From contig NEEC01000083.1 in the NCBI GenBank assembly GCA_002189035.1, forward strand, positions 1-17,854: 17,854 bases of DNA. The letters are read 5' to 3'. The notes under the pieces are model-generated. The model did no database searches, was not told where the DNA came from, and saw only the letters and a program-made list of their open reading frames with translations. Source of the stretch: Utricularia gibba (lineage: Eukaryota > Plantae > Magnoliophyta). The position numbers and the translations under genes are program-made. Below, one piece after another: positions 10,727 through 17,854 of the stretch (the stretch's first letter is position 1; each line of letters opens with the position of its first letter).

Positions 10727-11535
10727 CGATTAAAAAAAATGATGCATTTGTTTAAATTGCGATATCACGTGCACCCCACATGATTTTTTCAACAACTTAC
10801 TTTATACTTGAGGAGGCGGTCTTGGGGTAAGGTTTGGCTTGCGCCTGAACGACAAAGGTAAAATAATGAGGTCAACCGGATGCAAATCGATTAGATTTTG
10901 TTTAAATTGCGATATCACGTGTGATTTTTTCGTGACTGTAAGGTTTATTAGAACGTTCGGTTTTCGGGGGCTGCCTACATGGTTTTTCAAGGAACCGCTT
11001 CTCGTTTTGTGGCGGCCAGTCTCGCTGGGAACTTGGTCCTTGACCCCGATTCTGTATGGCTCATGAGGTCAACCGGATGCAAATCGATTAAAAAAAATGA
11101 TGCATTTGTTTAAATTGCGATATCACGTGCACCCCACATGATTTTTTCAACAACTTACTTTATACTTGAGGAGGCGGTCTTGGGTGCACCTAAGGTTTGG
11201 CTTGCAGACACACATGGTTTTTCAAGGAACCGCTAGTCTCGCTGGGAACTTGGTCCTTGACCCCGATTCTGTATGGCTCATGAGGTCAACCGGATGCAAA
11301 TCGATTAGATGCATTTGTTTAAATTGCGATATCCGAGTGATGTAAGGTTTGGCTTGCGCCGAGAGTTAGTTGTAGCCCGACAAATAAAGTGATGTATTTA
11401 TTATCGTTCGGTTTTCGGGGGCTGCCTACATGGTTTTTCAAGGAACCGCTTCTCGTTTTGTGGCGGCCAGTCTCGCTGGGAACTTGGTCCTTGACCCCGA
11501 TTCTGTATGGCTCATGAGGTCAACCGGATGCAAAT
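10727..11535. repeat. Block of 4 collapsed monomers
   Basis: Anchor spacings are about 161, 197, 217 and 234 bp. Confidence 0.85.
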
Positions 11536-12162
11536 CGATTAAAAAAAATGATGCATTTGTTTAAATTGCGATATCACGTGCACCCCACATGATTTTTTCA
11601 ACAACTTACTTTATACTTGAGGAGGCGGTCTTGGGTGCACCTGAACGGGACAAAGGTAAGGTTTGGCTTGCGCCGAGAGTTAGTTGTAGCCCGACAAATA
11701 AAGTGATGTATTTATTATCGTTCGGTTTTCGGGGCTGCCTACATGGTTTTTCAAGGAACCGCTTCTCGTTTTGTGGCGGCCAGTCTCGCTGGGAACTTGG
11801 TCCTTGACCCCGATTCTGTATGGCTCATGAGGTCAACCGGATGCAAATCGATTAAAAAAAATGATGCATTTGTTTAAATTGCGATATCACGTGCACCCCA
11901 CATGATTTTTTCAACAACTTACTTTATACTTGAGGAGGCGGTCTTGGGGTGCACTGGAACGGGACAAAGGTAAGGTTTGGCTTGCGCCGAGAGTTAGTTG
12001 TAGCCCGACAAATAAAGTGATGTATTTATTATCGTTCGGTTTTCGGGGCTGCCTACATGGTTTTTCAAGGAACCGCTTCTCGTTTTGTGGCGGCCAGTCT
12101 CGCTGGGAACTTGGTCCTTGACCCCGATTCTGTATGGCTCATGAGGTCAACCGGATGCAAAT

Positions 12163-13405
12163 CGATTAAAAAAAATGATGCATTTGTTTAAATTGCGATA
12201 TCACGTGCACCCCACATGATTTTTTCAACAACTTACTTTATACTTGAGGAGGCGGTCTTGGGTGCACTGTAAGGTTTAGAGTTAGTTGTAGCCCGACAAA
12301 TAAAGTGATGTATTTATTATCGGGTTTTCGGGGGCTGCCTACATGGTTTTTCAAGGAACCGCTTCTCGTTTTGTGGCGGCCAGTCTCGCTGGGAACTTGG
12401 TCCTTGACCCCGATTCTGTATGGCTCATGAGGTCAACCGGATGCAAATCGATTAAAAAAAATGATGCATTTGTTTAAATTGCGATATCACGTGCACCCCA
12501 CATGATTTTTTCAACAACTTACTTTATACTTGTACTGGCTCAGAGTGAGCCCGTCAATGGTTTTTCCCGGAGTCTCGCTGGGAAATTCTGTATTCATGAA
12601 AAAAATGATTAAAAAAAATGATGCATTTGTTTAAATTGCGATATCACGTGCACCCCACATGATTTTTTCAACAACTTACTTTATACTTGAGGAGGCGGTC
12701 TTGGGTGCACTTGATTACCCGACAAATAAAGTGATGTATTTATTATCGTTCGGTTTTCGGGGGCTGCCTACATGGTTTTTCAAGGAACCGCTTCTCGTTT
12801 TGTGGCGGCCAGTCTCGCTGGGAACTTGGTCCTTGACCCCGATTCTGTATGGCTCATGAGGTCAACCGGATGCAAATCGATTAAAAAAAATGATGCATTT
12901 GTTTAAATTGCGATATCACGTGCACCCCACATGATTTTTTCAACAACTTACTTTATACTTGAGGAGGCGGTCTTGGGTGCACTGGAACGGACAAAGGTAA
13001 GGTTTGGCTTGCGCCGAGAGTTAGTTGTAGCCCGACAAATAAAGTGATGTATTTATTATCGTTCGGTTTTCGGGGCTGCCTACATGGTTTTTCATTCTCG
13101 TTTTGTGGCGGCCAGTCTCGCTGGGAACTTGGTCCTTGACCCCGATTCTGTATGGCTCATGAGGTCAACCGGATGCAAATCGATTAAAAAAAATGATGCA
13201 TTTGTTTAAATTGCGATATCACGTGCACCCCACATGATTTTTTCAACAACTTACTTTATACTTGAGGAGGCGGTCTTTTTGGTTTGGCAACACCGTTACA
13301 TGGTTTTTCAAGGAACCGCTTCTCGTTTTGTGGCGGCCAGTCTCGCTGGGAACTTGGTCCTTGACCCCGATTCTGTATGGCTCATGAGGTCAACCGGATG
13401 CAAAT
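12163..13405. repeat. Block of partly deleted monomers
   Basis: Anchor spacings are about 286, 157, 272, 303 and 225 bp; most losses begin at or just after the GC stem. Confidence 0.8.
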
Positions 13406-15278
13406 CGATTAAAAAAAATGATGCATTTGTTTAAATTGCGATATCACGTGCACCCCACATGATTTTTTCAACAACTTACTTTATACTTGAGGAGGCGGTC
13501 TTGGGGTGCTGCGCAGAAGGTAACACAAATAAGTGATGTAGCCCCACGTTCGGTTTTCGTGCGGTTTTCGGGGCTGCCTTCTCGTTTTTTCAAGGAACCG
13601 CTTCTCGTTTTGTGGCGGCCAGTCTCGCTGGGACAAATAAAGTGATGGCTTATTATCGTTCGGTTTTCGGGGCATATTTTTTCAACCGCTTACTTTGTAC
13701 TTGAGGAGACCCTTGGGGGCTCCTTGTCAACCGGATGCAAATTAGTTAAAAAATAAAGTGTTTAAATTGCGTTCGGTTTTCGAGGAGGCGGTCTTGGGTG
13801 CACCTGAACGGGACAAAGGTCCTTTTGGATTCTTGTATGGCCGAGAGTCAGTTGTAGCCCGATTAAAAAAAATAAAGTGATTTATTTTATGCGATCACGG
13901 TTGATTTTTTCAACAACTTACTTTATACTTGAGGAGGCGGTCTGGGGTGCACTGGTTTTTCAAGGAACCGCTTCTCGTTTTGGTGGCGGCCAGTCTCGCT
14001 GGGAACTTGGTCCTTGACCCCGATTCTGTATGGCTCATGAGGTCAACCGGATGCAAATCGATTAAAAAAAATGATGCATTTGTTTAAATTGCGATATCAC
14101 GTGCACCCCACATGATTTTTTTCAACAACTTACTGTATTTATTACTTGAGGACATGGTTTTTCAAGGAACCGCTTCTCGTTTTGTGGCGGCCAGTCTCGC
14201 TGGGAACTTGGTCCTTGACCCCGATTCTGTATGGCTCATGAGGTCAACCGGATGCAAATCGATTAAAAAAAATGATGCATTTGTTTAAATTGCGATATCA
14301 CGTGCACCCCACATGATTTTTTCAACAACTTACTTTATACTTGAGGAGGCGGTCTTGGGGTGCACCTTGTAGCCCGGACAAATAAAGGTGATGTATTTAT
14401 TATCGTTAGTTGTAGCCCGACAAATAAAGGGGCTGCCTGTATTTTTCAAGGAACCGCTTTTCGGGGGCGTTTTGTGGCGGCCAGTCTCGCTGGGAACTTG
14501 GTTCCTTGACCCGCGATTCTGTATGGCTCATGAGGTCAACCGGATGCTCGCTGGGAACTTGGTCCTTGAATGATGCATTTGTTTAATGAGGTCAACCGGA
14601 TGCAAATCGATTAAAAAAATGATGCATTTGTTTAAATTGCGATATCACGTGCACCCCACATGATTTTTTCAACAACTTACTTTATACTTGAGGAGGCGGT
14701 CTTGGGTGCACCTCGACACGGACAAAGGTAAGGTTTGGCTTTAGCGTAGCCGACAAATAAAGTTAGTATTTAGCCCGACAAATAAAGTGATGTATTTATT
14801 ACATGGTTTTTCAAGGAACCGCTTCTCGTTTGTGGCGGCCAGTCTCGCTGGGAACTTGGTCCTTGACCCCGATTCTGTATGGCTCATGAGGTCAACCGGA
14901 TGCAAATCGATTAAAAAAAATGTTTTTCATTTTTTAAATTGCGATCGTTTTGTGGCGGCCAGTGCTCGCTGGGAACCACACCCCGATTCTGTATGGCTCA
15001 TGAGGTCAACCGGATGCAAATCGATTAAAAAAATGATGCATTTGTTTAAATGAGCGTCTTGGGGTGCACTGGAACGGGACAAAGGTAAGGTTTGGCTTGC
15101 GCCGAGAGTTAGTTGTAGCCCGACAAATAAAGTGATGTATTTATTATCGTTCGGTTTTCGGGGGCTGCCTACATGGTTTTTCAAGGAACCGCTTCTCGTT
15201 TTGTGGCGGCCAGTCTCGCTGGGAACTTGGTCCTTGACCCCGATTCTGTATGGCTCATGAGGTCAACCGGATGCAAAT
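13406..15278. repeat. Most scrambled block, with unit fragments out of order (forward and backward jumps)
   Basis: Examples: CTCGCTGGG|ACAAATAAAG (~13632), TATCGTT|AGTTGTAGCCC (~14407), CGGATG|CTCGCTGGG (~14546), GCGAT|CGTTTTGTGG (~14945). Confidence 0.8.
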
Positions 15279-17854
15279 CGATTAAAAAAAATGATGCATT
15301 TGTTTAAATTGCGATATCACGTGCACCCCACATGATTTTTTCAACAACTTACTTTATACTTGAGGAGGCGGTCTTGGGTGCACTGGAACGGGACAAAGGT
15401 AAGGTTTGGCTTGCGCCGAGAGTTAGTTGTAGCCCGACAAATAAAGTGATGTATTTATTATCGTTCGGTTTTCGGGGCTGCCTACATGGTTTTTCAAGGA
15501 ACCGCTTCTCGTTTTGTGGCGGCCAGTCTCGCTGGGAACTTGGTCCTTGACCCCGATTCTGTATGGCTCATGAGGTCAACCGGATGCAAATCGATTAAAA
15601 AAAATGATGCATTTGTTTAAATTGCGATATCACGTGCACCCCACATGATTTTTTCAACAACTTACTTTATACTTGAGGAGGCGGTCTTGGGGTGCAGCTG
15701 AACGGGACAAAGGTAAGGTTTGGCTTGCGCCGAGAGTTAGTTTAGCCCGACAAATAAAGTGATGTATTTATATCGTTCGGTTTTCGGGGCTGCCTACATG
15801 GTTTTTCAAGGAACCGCTTCTCGTTTTGTGGCGGCCAGTCTCGCTGGGAACTTGGTCCTTGACCCCGATTCTGTATGGCTCATGAGGTCAACCGGATGCA
15901 AATCGATTAAAAAAAATGATGCATTTGTTTAAATTGCGATATCATGTGCACCCCACATGATTTTTTCAACAACTTACTTTATACTTGAGGAGGCGATCTT
16001 GGGGTGCAGGAACGGACAAAGGTAAGGTTTGGCTTGCGCCGAGAGTTAGTTGTAGCCGGCAAATAAAGTGATGTATTTATTATCGTTCGGTTTTCGGGGC
16101 TGCCTACATGGTTTTTCAAGGAACCGCTTCTCGTTTTTGTGCGGCCAGTCTCGCTGGGAACTTGGTCCTTGACCCCGATTCTGTATGGCTCATGAGGTCA
16201 ACCGGATGCAAATCGATTAAAAAAAAATGATGCATTTGTTTAAATTGCGATATCATGTGCACCCCACATGATTTTTTCAACAACTTACTTTATACTTGAG
16301 GAGGCGGTCTTGGGGTGCAGCTGGAACGGGACAAAGGTAAGGTTTGGCTTGCGCCGAGAGTTAGTTGTAGCCCGACAAATAAAGTGATGTATTTATTATC
16401 GTTCGGTTTTCGGGGGCTGCCTACATGGTTTTTCAAGGAACCGCTTCTCGTTTTGTGGCGGCCAGTCTCGCTGGGAACTTGGTCCTTGACCCCGATTCTG
16501 TATGGCTCATAAACCGGATGCAAATCGATTAAAAAAATGATGCATTTGTTTAAATTGCGATATCACGTGCACCCCACATGATTTTTTTCAACAACTTACT
16601 TTATACTTGGGGAGGCGGTCTTGGGTGCACTTGAACGGGACAAAGGTAAGGTTTGGCTTGCACCGAGAGTTAGTTGTAGACAAATAAAGTGATGTATTTA
16701 TTATCGTTCGGTTTTCGGGGGCTGCCTACATGGTTTTTCAAGGAACCGCTTCTCGTTTTTGTGGCGGCCAGTCTCGCTGGGAACTTGGTCCTTGACCCCG
16801 ATTCTGTATGGCTCATGAGGTCAACCGGATGCAAATCGATTAAAAAAAATGATGCATTTGTTTAAATTGCGATATCACGTGCACCCCACATGATTTTTTC
16901 AACAACTTACTTTATACTTGAGAGGCGGTCTTGGGTGCACTTGGAACGGGACAAAGGTAAGGTTTGGCTTGCGCCAGAGTTAGTTGTAGCCCGGCAAATA
17001 AAGTGATGTATTTATTATCGTTCGGTTTTCGGGGGCTGCCTACATGGTTTTTCAAGGAACCGCTTCTCGTTTTGTGGCGGCCAGTCTCGCTGGGAACTTG
17101 GTCCTTGACCCCGATTCTGTATGGCTCATGAGGTCAACCGGATGCAAATCGATTAAAAAAATGATGCATTTGTTTAAATTCGATATCACGTGCACCCACA
17201 TGATTTTTTCAACAACTTACTTTATACTTGAGGAGGCGGTCTTGGGTGCACCTTGGAACGGGACAAAGGTAAGGTTTGGCTTGCCCCAGAGTTAGTTGTA
17301 GCCCGACAAAATAAAGTGATGTATTTTTATCGTTCGGTTTTCGGGGCTGCCTACATGGTTTTTCAAGGAACCGCTTCTCGTTTTGTGGCGGCCAGTCTCG
17401 CTGGGAACTTGGTCCTTGACCCCGATTCTGTATGGCTCATGAGGTCAACCGGATGCAAATCGATTAAAAAAAATGATGCATTTGTTTAAATTGCGATATC
17501 ACGTGCACCCCACATGATTTTTTCAACAACTTACTTTATACTTGAGGAGGCGGTCTTGGGGTGCACTTGGAACGGACAAAGGTAAGGTTTGGCTTGCGCC
17601 GAGAGTTAGTTGTAGCCCGACAAATAAAGTGATGTATTTATTATCGTTCGGTTTTCGGGGGCTGCCTACATGGTTTTCAAGGAACCGCTTCTCGTTTTGT
17701 GGCGGCCAGTCTCGCTGGGAACTTGGTCCTTGACCCCGATTCTGTATGGCTCATGAGGTCAACCGGATGCAAATCGATTAAAAAAAATGATGCATTTGTT
17801 TAAATTGCGATATCACGTGCACCCCACATGATTTTTTCAACAACTTACTTTATA

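Larger units (their letters stand above)
1..17854. repeat. Head-to-tail tandem array (concatemer or satellite) of a ~315-316 bp unit, ~65-67 copies, filling the window
   Basis: The anchor CGATTAAAAAAAATGATGC recurs at 1, 316, 628, 943, 1258, 1570, 1880, 2194, 2508, 2823, 3136, 3450, 3765 ... 17150, 17461, 17775. Spacing is 310-315 bp in intact regions. All copies are on the same strand and I found no non-repeat sequence. Confidence 0.99.

Noticed and set aside
100-17733. The 60-93 aa ORFs in the supplied track as real genes
   Set aside because: They are the same repeat-derived peptides in shifting combinations, and their lengths depend on homopolymer and hotspot indels. For example, the 80-aa MIFSTT... 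ORF needs a net frame change relative to the G4 consensus. I recognise no protein motif.
1-17854. CRISPR array
   Set aside because: There are no unique spacers; the whole unit repeats.
1-17854. Designed library concatemer (R2C2 splint, ONT adapter or barcode, ligated restriction fragments)
   Set aside because: I recognised no adapter, poly(A) tail or splint, and ligation of ApaLI or blunt fragments would give mixed orientations. Plain phi29 amplification of a natural circle is not excluded.

Overview
The whole 17,854-nt window is one head-to-tail, same-orientation tandem array of a unit of about 315-316 bp at about 46% GC. I counted roughly 65-67 copies by hand, about 40 of them near full length. 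There is no unique flanking sequence, no inverted copy and no recognisable adapter or splint. A clean copy is 2508-2822 (315 bp). Intact copies differ mostly by homopolymer-length changes plus a few recurrent hotspots. Several blocks (about 3.8 kb, 7.0-8.9 kb, 10.7-11.5 kb, 12.2-13.4 kb, 13.4-15.3 kb) contain collapsed or scrambled copies built only from pieces of the same unit. No supportable protein-coding gene, rRNA, tRNA, CRISPR array or transposase is present; the supplied ORFs are repeat-derived and open or close with single-base indels. The pattern fits a long-read (nanopore-like) view of either a rolling-circle concatemer of a small structured circle or a very homogeneous satellite array, and the sequence alone cannot separate these. 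Notable internal signals: a perfect 10-bp GC stem whose 44-nt loop carries a motif resembling an HUH/rolling-circle nick site; a hypervariable site immediately 3' of the stem that best reconstructs as CCTGG (possible methylation footprint); deletions that start preferentially at that stem; recurrent junctions that excise small hairpins; and a ring of stop/start-overlapping short ORFs that nearly tiles the unit.
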